A program made the translations under genes and the position numbers. The notes below the pieces were generated by a model. That model was not told the origin of the DNA, did no database searches, and saw nothing but the letters and a program-made list of their open reading frames with translations. Shown here in pieces: positions 7,706 to 15,779 of a stretch of DNA of 16,037 nucleotides; position 1 is the stretch's first letter; every line of letters starts with the position of its first letter. The stretch lies in IMG/VR virus record IMGVR_UViG_2571042372_000005; one strand, written 5' to 3'. Source of the DNA: a virus (lineage: Duplodnaviria; Heunggongvirae; Uroviricota; Caudoviricetes).

Positions 7706-8649
7706 GCAATCCCCCTGTCTGCAAACTTCCCTTCCCGAACTCCCGTTAACGAGTCTTCTCTCAGCAGGTAATCAAAATCAGCCGTCCAGCCCGTGTCGTT
7801 GTCTCCGAAGTAAAACGGCTTGGCCTGATGCACAAACGCCCTGACATACGCTCTGAAACCGTCCACGTTTGGCGTTTTCAGTTGCGGGATGATTTTCTTC
7901 AGGCGGCGTTTTCGTTTCTCGTTGACCGCAACAGCGTGTGGCAGTCTGTCACCGACTTCGGTGTTGTAGGCGTTCAGGAAGGATTCGTAGTCGATTCGTT
8001 CTGCCTTGCGACGTTCAGGTTTAACCTGCCCATCGCCTCCCCCATTGGGGGGTAGGGGGGTATTATTTATATTCTTGTTAATACCTTCTTGTTCATGATG
8101 TGCGGTTGTTTGTGCGGCTTCATGTGCGCTTTCATGTGCGGCATGTACGCTGAAAGCCGCGCTATTGCTGGCTTCATCATGTGCGGCATCATGTGCGGTT
8201 GTTTGTGCGGCTTCATGTGCGGGTAAATTGTCCATTTTTTGAGCATATTCATGGTAATTTGTGATGGTTATCACACGGCCTTTTTGCTTCTCTCCATCAA
8301 TGGAGATCATCCCCTCTTTCACAAAAACCTGAAGCATCCGCTCAACCTGATCACGGCTTGCTGGCTTGCCATGTCTGTCGCATAACTGAAGACCTAAATC
8401 AGCTGCTGTCACAACCAGTTGACCGGGTTGCAGATGCCATTCATGACCTTTGAAATTCGCTTTGTATGGCTTTCTGGCGGCATTCAGGAGAAGGTTTTCC
8501 CACAGGGTGCGAAGATAAACATCTTTCGCCCATGACTGTTTCAGAATGCTCCGGTACAACGGAATGTAACCAGTTTTCTGGTTCTCCATCCTGTTGCTCC
8601 TGCGCTCGTGTGCGGCGCTGAAATCGTAGATTTTTGCTGTATTGCTCAT
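7702..8649 (-). CDS. Replication initiator (lambda O / P22 gene-18-like) containing the origin iterons
   Basis: N-terminus [10 protein letters not shown]... recalls lambda O (MTNTAKILNF...); internal reiterated [10 protein letters not shown] peptide corresponds to DNA iterons; translationally coupled to the helicase. Confidence 0.7.
   Translation of the reverse strand: MSNTAKIYDFSAAHERRSNRMENQKTGYIPLYRSILKQSWAKDVYLRTLWENLLLNAARKPYKANFKGHEWHLQPGQLVVTAADLGLQLCDRHGKPASRDQVERMLQVFVKEGMISIDGEKQKGRVITITNYHEYAQKMDNLPAHEAAQTTAHDAAHDEASNSAAFSVHAAHESAHEAAQTTAHHEQEGINKNINNTPLPPNGGGDGQVKPERRKAERIDYESFLNAYNTEVGDRLPHAVAVNEKRKRRLKKIIPQLKTPNVDGFRAYVRAFVHQAKPFYFGDNDTGWTADFDYLLREDSLTGVREGKFADRGIA
8055..8222. 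repeat. Putative phage replication origin: two clusters of 12-bp-period iterons (8094..8222) with an adjacent AT-rich stretch (8055..8093)
   Basis: (C/T)ATGTGCGG repeated about 9 times; a 35-bp unit is near-perfectly duplicated (8094..8128 and 8187..8221); the AT-rich stretch lies downstream in the direction of O transcription, as in lambda ori. Confidence 0.6.
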
Positions 8650-8651
8650 AA

Positions 8652-8924
8652 CTACCTGCCTTGACGAAAGACCTTAAGAACATCGTTAAACTGACTTACG
8701 GATATGTCTTCTTTGAGAAGCTTTTCCAGAAATGCGTTTGGAATGAACGTATATCCCTCCTCTTTTGGTAGAGACGGGAGCAACGCCCTCGCCTCAGCCT
8801 TCAGAAGCTCAGTTCTGGCAACTTTCACAAAAGAGATTTGAGTTCTTTCATCAATGGAACGAAGGAAGCGCAAACGCTTAGCTTCTTTGTGTGTATCAGG
8901 TGGATTAAAGCCTTTGTTTCGCAT
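8652..8924 (-). CDS. Hypothetical protein (90 aa) between cII and the initiator gene
   Basis: ATG at 8924 with GAGG SD; the ORF-track 181-aa version overlaps cII in another frame and is probably an over-extension. Confidence 0.5.
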   Translation of the reverse strand: MRNKGFNPPDTHKEAKRLRFLRSIDERTQISFVKVARTELLKAEARALLPSLPKEEGYTFIPNAFLEKLLKEDISVSQFNDVLKVFRQGR

Positions 8925-8946
8925 ATAATTACCTCGTTGGATGTTG

Positions 8947-9240
8947 TTAAAATTCCATTTGTATTTGATCAGAACGCTCGGTTGCCGCCGGGCGTTTTTT
9001 ATTGGTGAGAATCGAAGCAACTTGTCGTGCCAATCGAGCCATGTCGTCGTCGACAACACCCCATTCAAGAACAGCAAGCAGCATTGAGAACTTTGGAATC
9101 CAGTCCCTCTTCCACCTGCTGATCTGCGACTTATCAACGCCCACAGCTTCCGCTGTCTTCTCAGTTCCAAGCATTGCGATTTTGTTAAGCAACGCACTCT
9201 CGATTCTTAGAGCCTCGTTGCGTTTGTTTGCACGAACCAT
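8947..9240 (-). CDS. cII: Transcriptional activator CII (97 aa), lambda-type
   Basis: MVRANKRNEALRIESALLNKIAMLGTEKTAEAVGVDKSQISRWKRDWIPKF...QIQMEF matches lambda CII as recalled, essentially residue for residue; upstream AAGGAAATACTTACATATG context also lambda-like. Confidence 0.9.
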   Translation of the reverse strand: MVRANKRNEALRIESALLNKIAMLGTEKTAEAVGVDKSQISRWKRDWIPKFSMLLAVLEWGVVDDDMARLARQVASILTNKKRPAATERSDQIQMEF

Positions 9241-9297
9241 ATGTAAGTATTTCCTTAACAAATAAGAAGTTATGCGCATCAACTTATGCGCGTTGTA

Positions 9298-9341
9298 TTC
9301 CCGCATTTCGGCGGGAATGAGGACCATGACTGTTAAAGAGC
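9298..9341 (-). promoter_or_regulatory. nutR (boxA + boxB hairpin)
   Basis: On the - strand: boxA-like GCTCTTTAACA (9331..9341), then boxB hairpin TTCCCGC-cgaaat-GCGGGAA (9298..9317); the same elements recur at nutL. Confidence 0.6.
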
Positions 9342-9348
9342 AATTTGC

Positions 9349-9534
9349 TTATGCCGCTTTGCGGTAAGCGCTTTCTTGATACTTCAGGGCGCCAGCTGTA
9401 ACGACTTCCAGTCGATAGGCGTCTTTCTCTGGGATGACTTCCTTCCACTGAGAGACTGCTGCGTCGCTAATGCCTAACGCTTTAGCTACAGCACGCTGGG
9501 TTCCGAAGTGGTCGATAACATCTTTCTTGTACAT
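9349..9534 (-). CDS. cro: Cro-like HTH repressor (61 aa)
   Basis: HTH QRAVAKALGISDAAVSQW; divergent from cI across an operator region; GGAG SD. Confidence 0.8.
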   Translation of the reverse strand: MYKKDVIDHFGTQRAVAKALGISDAAVSQWKEVIPEKDAYRLEVVTAGALKYQESAYRKAA

Positions 9535-9614
9535 AGACTCGCTCCGAAATTAAAGAACACTTAAATTATCCACTAAAGGAATCTTAAGTCAAGTTTATTT
9601 AAGATGTCTTAACT
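9535..9614. promoter_or_regulatory. oR / pR / pRM divergent control region
   Basis: pR on the - strand: -35 TTGACT (9587..9592), 16-17 bp spacer, -10 GATAAT (9565..9570). Recurrent operator-like motifs with a TTAAG/TTAAAT core (ACTTAAATT, ATCTTAAGT, TTTAAGAT). Confidence 0.6.
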
Positions 9615-10265
9615 ATGAAAACTCAATTGATGGGAGAGCGCATTCGCGCTCGGAGAAAAGAACTCAAGATCAGGCAGGCCGCACTTGGAAAGATGGTCGG
9701 CGTGTCTAATGTTGCCATATCTCAGTGGGAACGCTCTGAGACAGAGCCAAATGGAGAGAATCTTCTCGCCCTGGCTAATGCGTTGAAGTGTTCCCCTGAC
9801 TATCTGATGAAAGGAGAGGAAAGTCTTTCAAACATTGCCTATCACAGTAGGCATGATCCAAGAGGGTCATACCCTCTGATTAGCTGGGTGAGCGCAGGAT
9901 GCTGGATGGAAGCTGTAGAACCATATCATAAGCGTGCAATAGATAACTGGTACGATACAACCGTAGACTGTTCAGAAGATTCGTTTTGGTTGGACGTGAA
10001 GGGAGACTCAATGACGGCTCCGGCCGGTCTCAGTATCCCTGAAGGAATGATAATACTCGTCGATCCTGAAGTAGAGCCGCGTAACGGGAAACTGGTAGTT
10101 GCAAAGCTCGAAGGAGAAAACGAGGCAACTTTCAAGAAGTTAGTTATTGATGCAGGCAGGAAGTTTCTAAAACCACTTAACCCACAATATCCGATGATCG
10201 AGATCAACGGAAACTGCAAAATCATCGGCGTAGTTGTCGATGCAAAACTAGCAAACCTTCCATAA
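9615..10265 (+). CDS. cI: CI-type prophage repressor (HTH_XRE N-terminal domain + S24 LexA-like autopeptidase domain)
   Basis: HTH LKIRQAALGKMVGVSNVAISQWE; S24 Ser in GDSM and Lys in KKLV; 216 aa. Confidence 0.9.
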   Translation: MKTQLMGERIRARRKELKIRQAALGKMVGVSNVAISQWERSETEPNGENLLALANALKCSPDYLMKGEESLSNIAYHSRHDPRGSYPLISWVSAGCWMEAVEPYHKRAIDNWYDTTVDCSEDSFWLDVKGDSMTAPAGLSIPEGMIILVDPEVEPRNGKLVVAKLEGENEATFKKLVIDAGRKFLKPLNPQYPMIEINGNCKIIGVVVDAKLANLP

Positions 10266-10290
10266 GGGGGCATTCGCCCCTTTTTTTTTA
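10264..10290 (+). terminator. Intrinsic terminator after cI
   Basis: GGGGC-attc-GCCCC followed by T9. Confidence 0.85.
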
Positions 10291-10299
10291 TTTCCTTTA

Positions 10300-10392
10300 A
10301 AAATCAAAGCCAAACTTAAGTTACGAAAGAAAATTTAAGTTTTCTTCAAAAATGCTCTTGACCATTAATTAAAGAGATCTTAAATTTAAGCC
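10300..10392 (+). promoter_or_regulatory. pL promoter with oL operator repeats
   Basis: -35 TTGACC (10358..10363), 17-bp spacer, -10 TAAATT (10381..10386); operator-like AACTTAAGTT, AATTTAAGTT and ATCTTAAATTTAAG share the core seen at oR. Confidence 0.6.
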
Positions 10393-10432
10393 ATCAGCAG
10401 GACGCTGGAAGCCAAACGGAACAGATTGGCAG

Positions 10433-10476
10433 GCTCTTTAACATTGATGGGATTGTCCCGCCGAAATGCGGGAACC
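10433..10476 (+). promoter_or_regulatory. nutL (boxA + boxB hairpin)
   Basis: boxA-like GCTCTTTAACA (10433..10443), 12-nt spacer, boxB hairpin TCCCGC-cgaaat-GCGGGA (10456..10473), identical to the nutR boxB. Confidence 0.6.
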
Positions 10477-10786
10477 AAAGAGTAGTTGGCTTTGGGGTGA
10501 CGTGAAGTGCAGCTGCACGACGGCAACCGGAAGATAAGCACCCGGCGCGTCACCGCCAAAGTCAATTCCATAGGCGTTATGCAGCCGCCACCATATTCAA
10601 GAAAGCTGCACAAGAGGTAGGAGGATTTATGTGAATGCATAACTTCAAAACCGAGGTTAATTAAATCTCTCGATCCGAGCATCGACCTATTAGGTGGCGA
10701 GATGCTCTTTCTGCCCCTCAGTTCGAGGGGCCAGAAACCACTTTGCAATCACTATCAATTCCAAAGTTGTTTCATCGGAGGTCAAC

Positions 10787-11086
10787 ATGACAGTAGTCAT
10801 TACATATCTGGCTGACGATAACGCCAGAAATCGCCGCAGAGCACGCAGACAGGCTCAACGTGAACAGGCGATGCAAGAACAGCGACTGGCGCGAAAAATT
10901 GCGCTAAAGCTCTCTGGTTGCGTCAGAGCGGATAAAGCAGCATCACTCGGAATCCTTCGCTGCAAGAAGGCAGATGAAGTCGAGAGTAAACAGAATCGTA
11001 TTTACTACCGCAAGCCACGCAGTGAAATGGGTGTGACTTGTGTTGGTCGCCAGAAAATGAAATTAGGCAGCAAACCACTTATTTGA
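10787..11086 (+). CDS. N: N-type transcription antiterminator (99 aa)
   Basis: Arg-rich motif DNARNRRRARRQAQREQ near the N-terminus; C-terminus YYRKPRSEMGVTCVGRQKMKLGSKPLI resembles lambda N (YSKPGERGITCSGRQKIKGKSIPLI); GGAGG SD before the ATG at 10787. Confidence 0.85.
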   Translation: MTVVITYLADDNARNRRRARRQAQREQAMQEQRLARKIALKLSGCVRADKAASLGILRCKKADEVESKQNRIYYRKPRSEMGVTCVGRQKMKLGSKPLI

Positions 11087-11094
11087 GGTGATAT

Positions 11095-11565
11095 ATGACA
11101 AAATCATGGAGCGTACCTTTTCCTGAATCAGAAACTGAACATGATGGAATGCCTGTTTTCTGGAGATTCCAAGCGACAGTTGAAGAAGATGGAATCAAAA
11201 TATTCGCACTTCAATATATAGCTTTTCATCAGACAGAGCATTATGCATGGTTGGTTCCTGCGCATTGGATTGTTAATTTTAAACCAGCACCAAATCAGTG
11301 GTTACAGGAATGGAAACAAAGGAGAAATAGATATGCAATTAAGAAAGTAGCAAAAAATGCAGAAAGATCTTTTGCATTCCCGACGAAGAAACTTGCCATT
11401 GAAAGTTTATTGCGCCGGAAGAAATACCATTTGATGAGAATCAAACAAGATTTGGCTGTTGTATCAACTCTTGTTGATGGGATGAAGAATATTGATACAT
11501 CAACACCAGGTATTGAATATAACTTTGGACACAACCAAGAAACAGAAAACTGGGTGTTTTATTAG
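11095..11565 (+). CDS. Hypothetical protein (156 aa), AT-rich insert between N and the tL terminator
   Basis: GAGGTG SD 5 nt before the ATG; base composition visibly more AT-rich than flanking phage genes; no recognisable motif. Confidence 0.5.
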   Translation: MTKSWSVPFPESETEHDGMPVFWRFQATVEEDGIKIFALQYIAFHQTEHYAWLVPAHWIVNFKPAPNQWLQEWKQRRNRYAIKKVAKNAERSFAFPTKKLAIESLLRRKKYHLMRIKQDLAVVSTLVDGMKNIDTSTPGIEYNFGHNQETENWVFY

Positions 11566-11669
11566 TACGAATAAGCACTGTGTATTCATTCCAACGAGTG
11601 AATACACGGAGCAATGTCGCTCGTAACTAAACAGGAGCCGACTTGTTCTGATTATTGGAAATCTTCTTT

Positions 11670-11695
11670 GCCCTCCAGTGTGAGGGCTTTTTTAT
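11670..11695 (+). terminator. Intrinsic terminator (tL1-like)
   Basis: GCCCTC-cagtgt-GAGGGC followed by TTTTTTAT. Confidence 0.8.
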
Positions 11696-11759
11696 ATGCA
11701 TACCAATAACGCTTCACTCGAGGCGTTTTCGTTATGCAATCAAACAGAAGGAGCATCCT

Positions 11760-11930
11760 ATGCAACAGTTCGCTATTGCAGGGGCGGCATCGGTTCGCCC
11801 TTTCAACCCGATTTTATCGGTACAGCATTCACGAAAAAACATTTTAACCGGAGCAGACTTTAAACAACCAAGAATGAAAAGCTTGCTCGAAAAGCTTTGG
11901 GATATTTTGAAACAACAAGGCCGTCCATGA
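11760..11930 (+). CDS. cIII: CIII-like small protein (56 aa; putative FtsH inhibitor)
   Basis: MQQFAIAG... and ...SLLEKLWDILKQQGRP resemble lambda CIII as recalled (MQYAIAG...LIDILNQPGVP); AGGAG SD. Confidence 0.55.
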   Translation: MQQFAIAGAASVRPFNPILSVQHSRKNILTGADFKQPRMKSLLEKLWDILKQQGRP

Positions 11931-12085
11931 GTTTTACGGATAACTGGTCAGACGAAGAATTCATTCGTCAGATAAAAGAATTAATCGGTAACGAAGGAGA
12001 TATTCATGTCACTTGCAACCACAGTGAAGGAGAGCAAGTTACAGAGACGCATGTACACGCAGAAAGCTCTCTGGTATCGCCATAA
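11927..12085 (+). CDS. Hypothetical small protein (52 aa)
   Basis: ATGA start/stop overlap with the cIII-like gene; sits at the kil-equivalent position; no homology recognised. Confidence 0.35.
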   Translation: MSFTDNWSDEEFIRQIKELIGNEGDIHVTCNHSEGEQVTETHVHAESSLVSP

Positions 12086-12186
12086 TGGTGACCGCGAAGG
12101 AATGCGGGTATGCCTTAATTTGTCCCGAGTCGAAGTATTAAATCAGCGTTATTTCCTTGGGCCGTGTCCATTCTGAGAGCAATCAT

Positions 12187-12792
12187 ATGAGCAAAGAATT
12201 TTACGCAAGACTGGCAGCTATTCAGGAGAATCTGAACGCGCCAAAGAATCAGTACAACTCATTCGGCAAATATAAATACAGAAGCTGCGAAGATATTCTT
12301 GAAGGCGTTAAGCCGTTACTGAACGGTCTGTTTTTATCAATCAGCGATGAAGTTGTGTTGATTGGTGATCGGTATTACGTGAAAGCCACGGCAACTATTA
12401 CCGATGGCGAAAACAGTCATACGGCAACCGCTCTTGCACGAGAGGAAGAAAGCAAGAAAGGAATGGATTCTGCACAAGTTACGGGAGCTACAAGCTCTTA
12501 TGCACGCAAGTATTGCCTCAATGGTTTGTTCGGCATTGATGATGCGAAAGATGCAGATACAGACGAGCATAAACATCAGCAGAACGCAGCAGCAAAGCAA
12601 TCAAAACCATCACTTACACCTGAACAGGTTCTAAAAGCATTCACTGACGCAGCAATGCAGAAAAACACCGTAGAAGAGCTTAAACAGGCGTTCGCCAAAG
12701 CGTGGAAGATGCTCGAAGGGACGCCGGAGCAGCACAAAGCGCAGGACGTTTACAACATCAGACGAGACGAATTAGAAGGGGCAACTGCTTAA
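12187..12792 (+). CDS. erf: Erf-family single-strand annealing recombinase (P22 Erf-like)
   Basis: MSKEFYARLAAIQENLNAPKNQYNSFGKYKYRSCEDILEGVKPLL... matches P22 Erf as recalled. Confidence 0.75.
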   Translation: MSKEFYARLAAIQENLNAPKNQYNSFGKYKYRSCEDILEGVKPLLNGLFLSISDEVVLIGDRYYVKATATITDGENSHTATALAREEESKKGMDSAQVTGATSSYARKYCLNGLFGIDDAKDADTDEHKHQQNAAAKQSKPSLTPEQVLKAFTDAAMQKNTVEELKQAFAKAWKMLEGTPEQHKAQDVYNIRRDELEGATA

Positions 12793-13175
12793 TGGCACAT
12801 TCGATTACAGTAAGACTAAACAAACCCGCAAGAGAGTTTCAGGGCGGGGAAAATATCGGATTCAACATCCGTGCTGGCGTTCAGTATTACGATCGCCAGA
12901 CAAAAAAGAAAGAATGGACAAACTACAGCGCCGTTGTATTTGCCAAGCCGGGAGCGCAAGCGGATTACTATCGTAGCGTTCTGGTTGAAGGAGGCATTGT
13001 AGAAATTACCGGAGAAAACATCAGGGTTGATGTTTATCAGGGGCAAAATGGTCAATCAATCACTCTTGAATTACTGAATGCAAAGATTGGATTTGCAACT
13101 TCAGGAAACAGCCAACAGCAGCAAAGTAGCAATCATCAAAATAATCCTGAATACGACGATTCCATCCCATTCTGA
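12792..13175 (+). CDS. ssb: Single-stranded DNA-binding protein-like (127 aa)
   Basis: C-terminal Gln/Asn-rich linker ending YDDSIPF, the SSB acidic-tip signature (E. coli SSB ends DDDIPF); TAATG overlap with erf. Confidence 0.6.
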   Translation: MAHSITVRLNKPAREFQGGENIGFNIRAGVQYYDRQTKKKEWTNYSAVVFAKPGAQADYYRSVLVEGGIVEITGENIRVDVYQGQNGQSITLELLNAKIGFATSGNSQQQQSSNHQNNPEYDDSIPF

Positions 13176-13198
13176 TTTAGAAAAATAAGGATTTAATT

Positions 13199-13495
13199 AT
13201 GCCAGCGCCTTTGTATGGTGCGGATGACCCGCGCCGCTGTTCCGGCAATTCCGTATCGGAGGTGCTGGATAAATTCAGAAAAAACTACGATCGAATAATG
13301 TCTCTACCGCAGGAAACGAAAGAGGAAAAGGAATTTCGCCACTGTATATGGCTTGCAGAGAAAGAAGAACGCGAGCGAATTTACCAGACATCAATCCGAC
13401 CATTCCGCAAAGCCACATATACCCACTTCCCTGAATATATCGACCCGCGCCTGCGTAATTACCGCTCACGCTATGGCGCTATCAGTAATGACTGA
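13199..13495 (+). CDS. Hypothetical protein (98 aa); the position after the recombination genes suggests an Abc/anti-RecBCD-type accessory gene, but this is unverified
   Basis: AAGGA SD; no motif recognised. Confidence 0.4.
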   Translation: MPAPLYGADDPRRCSGNSVSEVLDKFRKNYDRIMSLPQETKEEKEFRHCIWLAEKEERERIYQTSIRPFRKATYTHFPEYIDPRLRNYRSRYGAISND

Positions 13496-13589
13496 GGAAT
13501 TTACCATGAGAGGACTTGCTTAAGAGAAAGAGTTTCGGTTCTGTTAATGACAACAAATATCTGAATGCGATGTGGCGGAGTGGGAAGAA

Positions 13590-14108
13590 ATGAAACAAAT
13601 GTCACTAATTGAGATGGATGGTTTTCTGAAAGGTAAATGCATCCCAAGTGATTTAAAGGTTAACGAAACAAACGCTGAATACCTTGTCCGTAAGTTCGGT
13701 GAACTTGAATCAAAACTGGAAACGGCGTTGCGGGAGTGTAGTTCTGCTGGAATCACGATTGATAACCTTGAGGCTAAATGCGCGAAGATGGCTGCTGAAA
13801 ATACCTCACTTAAGCAATCTGAGAAGGAATTTAATGACTTTTGTCGTGAGGAGTTTAGCGAATGGGAAGATGATGTTACTGAAACCCCAGCCACCGATGC
13901 TTTTCTGGCTGAAGTGCGGGCGCAGGGGGTGGATGCTGCTATAGAAGCTGCAAAAAATCTGGTGGCCCAAGAATATGAGTATAAGGATTTCAAAGCGGCG
14001 CAGAGTGATTGCTGTATGCACCCTGGTTCAGACCTGGTAGGGAAGGTTGAAATGACTGAGTGGTTAGTTGACTTTGCTGCCCAGCTTCGCAAAGGAGGCA
14101 ACCAGTGA
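13590..14108 (+). CDS. Hypothetical acidic coiled-coil protein (about 172 aa)
   Basis: GGAG 9 nt before the ATG at 13590; an in-frame GTG at 13572 is the alternative start. Confidence 0.45.
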   Translation: MKQMSLIEMDGFLKGKCIPSDLKVNETNAEYLVRKFGELESKLETALRECSSAGITIDNLEAKCAKMAAENTSLKQSEKEFNDFCREEFSEWEDDVTETPATDAFLAEVRAQGVDAAIEAAKNLVAQEYEYKDFKAAQSDCCMHPGSDLVGKVEMTEWLVDFAAQLRKGGNQ

Positions 14109-14404
14109 CTGTATGTCTTATTGATAAACGTCGACGTGGGCAACAAATACCATCTGTTGAAATGCCGAATCACACATGGTTTTGCGTACTTGATATCGAT
14201 GGTATGGATACGTTGGTTGACACTCGTCATTACTGCGATACCGCAACAGCTACTCCGGCGAAAGCAAAGAAAATGGCTGCTCTGATAGAAAACTGGACTC
14301 CACCTGATGGTTGGTGCAATGGGAATGATCGAGATTGGCACGAAAAAATGAAGGGCTATATCTGCGATTTTTTACGTAAATGCAACGGCTTCAGGGGGAT
14401 GTGA
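14105..14404 (+). CDS. Hypothetical protein (99 aa), GTG start
   Basis: AAGGAGG SD 6 nt before GTG at 14105; GTGA overlap with the upstream stop. Confidence 0.45.
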   Translation: MTVCLIDKRRRGQQIPSVEMPNHTWFCVLDIDGMDTLVDTRHYCDTATATPAKAKKMAALIENWTPPDGWCNGNDRDWHEKMKGYICDFLRKCNGFRGM

Positions 14405-14405
14405 T

Positions 14406-14978
14406 ATGACCAAAATTAACTATCAGGCACTGCGTGAGGCGGCAGAACGTGCAATTCCGGCAATGGAACGCCTGTTAATGTTGCCAGTTGATGATGATTT
14501 GTTAAGTGAACAGGAACTTAAGGATTACGGTGTGGATATTGATGCGCTCAACGCCTTCAAATTTCTGACCGGACCAGAAACCGTGCTGGCGCTGCTGGAT
14601 GAACGGGAAAGAAACCAGCAATACATCAAACGCCGCGACCAGGAGAACGAGGAAATTGCGCTAACGGTAGGGAAGCTGCGCGTTGAGCTGGAAGCTGCAG
14701 AGAAGCGCATTGCAGAACTGGAAGCCGAACCTGTAAGCCAAACTTACAAGTTGAACGAGCTGTCGGGCAACTATCCGGTAACTCCGGATGGTTGGATAAG
14801 CTGTAGTGAGCGAATGCCCGCTCAAGATGATTGGATTTTAATTTATTCAAAGCACGGCGAGTATATGGCAGGACAGGTACAAGGGGAATACGTGGAGTTG
14901 AGCGACGGCACTTTATCGTGGTTAGGGAACGCCTTGTACTGGATGCCTCTACCGGAACCGCCGCAGGAGGTTAATTGA
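14406..14978 (+). CDS. Ea22/Ead-like protein with a C-terminal DUF551-type domain
   Basis: Coiled-coil N-terminal half (LRVELEAAEKRIAELEAE); C-terminal ...WISCSERMPAQDDWILIYS...LSWLGNALYWMPLPEPP resembles DUF551 as recalled. Confidence 0.5.
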   Translation: MTKINYQALREAAERAIPAMERLLMLPVDDDLLSEQELKDYGVDIDALNAFKFLTGPETVLALLDERERNQQYIKRRDQENEEIALTVGKLRVELEAAEKRIAELEAEPVSQTYKLNELSGNYPVTPDGWISCSERMPAQDDWILIYSKHGEYMAGQVQGEYVELSDGTLSWLGNALYWMPLPEPPQEVN

Positions 14979-15262
14979 TGGTCTCCTTCGCGAAATATAC
15001 GATTATTGACTGGATAGCATTCATTCAGGTTTTGCTCATCTGGTTTTATATGGCTTACAGGAGTGGACAGTGGATTGTCAGTGTAGCCTGTAGCAATGGA
15101 TGGCGTTGGTGGAACCGAAAGAATAAAAAAGCGCTGGCCTTGGCTTCGTTTTACGAAGCATTCAATCTTAACAGTCTTCAGCCTGGTTTTGTCGTTGTAG
15201 TCACCACTCAAAGCGGCATGACGATACAAATTCACAAGCCAAAGGAGGAAGGTCGTGGCTAA
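14978..15262 (+). CDS. Hypothetical small membrane protein (94 aa)
   Basis: AGGAGG 7 nt before the ATG; hydrophobic N-terminus YTIIDWIAFIQVLLIWFYMAY. Confidence 0.45.
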   Translation: MVSFAKYTIIDWIAFIQVLLIWFYMAYRSGQWIVSVACSNGWRWWNRKNKKALALASFYEAFNLNSLQPGFVVVVTTQSGMTIQIHKPKEEGRG

Positions 15263-15539
15263 CCTGCAACTTGCCGTTAAAGGTGAATACTTCGATGCCA
15301 TGATTCGCGGAGAGAAAACGGAAGAGTATCGCCTGTGTAATGACTACTGGAATAAGCGAATTATGTTCCGCGAGTATGACCGCCTGATTATCACAAAGGG
15401 ATATCCGAAGCGCGACGATTCCAGCCGCAGAATTGACGTCCCGTATGACGGATATGAAATCAAGACAATCACACATCCGCACTTCGGCGATAAACCGGTA
15501 AAGGTGTTCGCTATAAAGGTGAATATCGACAATGAATGA
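15255..15539 (+). CDS. Hypothetical protein, possibly ASCH/PUA-like (DUF3850-type); GTG start
   Basis: AAGGAGGAAGG before GTG at 15255; motifs GEYFDAMIRGEKTEEYR and YDRLIITKGY recall ASCH-domain phage proteins. Weak. Confidence 0.35.
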   Translation: MANLQLAVKGEYFDAMIRGEKTEEYRLCNDYWNKRIMFREYDRLIITKGYPKRDDSSRRIDVPYDGYEIKTITHPHFGDKPVKVFAIKVNIDNE

Positions 15540-15611
15540 TAATCCTCGCACTCGCGGGGATTTCTTTTATCTGAACTCGCTACGGCGGGTTTTGTTTTAT
15601 GGAGATGATAA

Positions 15612-15779
15612 ATGCACTTCCGAGTCACAGGTGAATGGAATGGAGAGCCATTCAACAGAGTTATCGAAGCAGAGAACATCAACGACTGCTATGACCACTG
15701 GATGCTGTGGGCGCAGATAGCACATGCAGACGTAACTAATATTCGAATTGAAGAACTGAAAGAACACCAAGCCGCCTGA
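15612..15779 (+). CDS. Hypothetical small protein (55 aa), not in the supplied ORF track because it is under 60 aa
   Basis: GGAG SD 7 nt before ATG at 15612; the TGA stop lies inside the terminator hairpin at 15768..15792; preferred over the overlapping 15532..15720 ORF. Confidence 0.4.
   Translation: MHFRVTGEWNGEPFNRVIEAENINDCYDHWMLWAQIAHADVTNIRIEELKEHQAA

Noticed and set aside
8067-8252. 61-aa His/Pro/Met-rich ORF over the iteron array
   Set aside because: Its repetitive translation (PHMK...) is an alternate frame of the DNA iterons inside the initiator gene.
8652-9197. 181-aa version of the gene between cII and the initiator
   Set aside because: The long form overlaps cII out of frame; the internal ATG at 8924 with an SD gives a compact 90-aa gene.
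10386-10748. 120-aa ORF on the - strand in the pL-nutL-N leader
   Set aside because: Antisense to the pL transcript, spans nutL and the N leader, and has no convincing SD.
13544-14341. 265-aa ORF on the - strand
   Set aside because: Ser/Cys-rich, low-complexity translation lying antisense to two well-supported + strand genes with good SD sequences; reads as a shadow ORF.
14843-15682. Three - strand ORFs (152, 116 and 112 aa)
   Set aside because: All antisense to a tightly packed + strand operon with SDs and start/stop overlaps.
15532-15720. 62-aa + strand ORF starting in the ATGAATGA overlap
   Set aside because: Overlaps the 15612..15779 ORF in another frame; the latter has an SD and ends at a terminator. 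Not excluded as a short real peptide.
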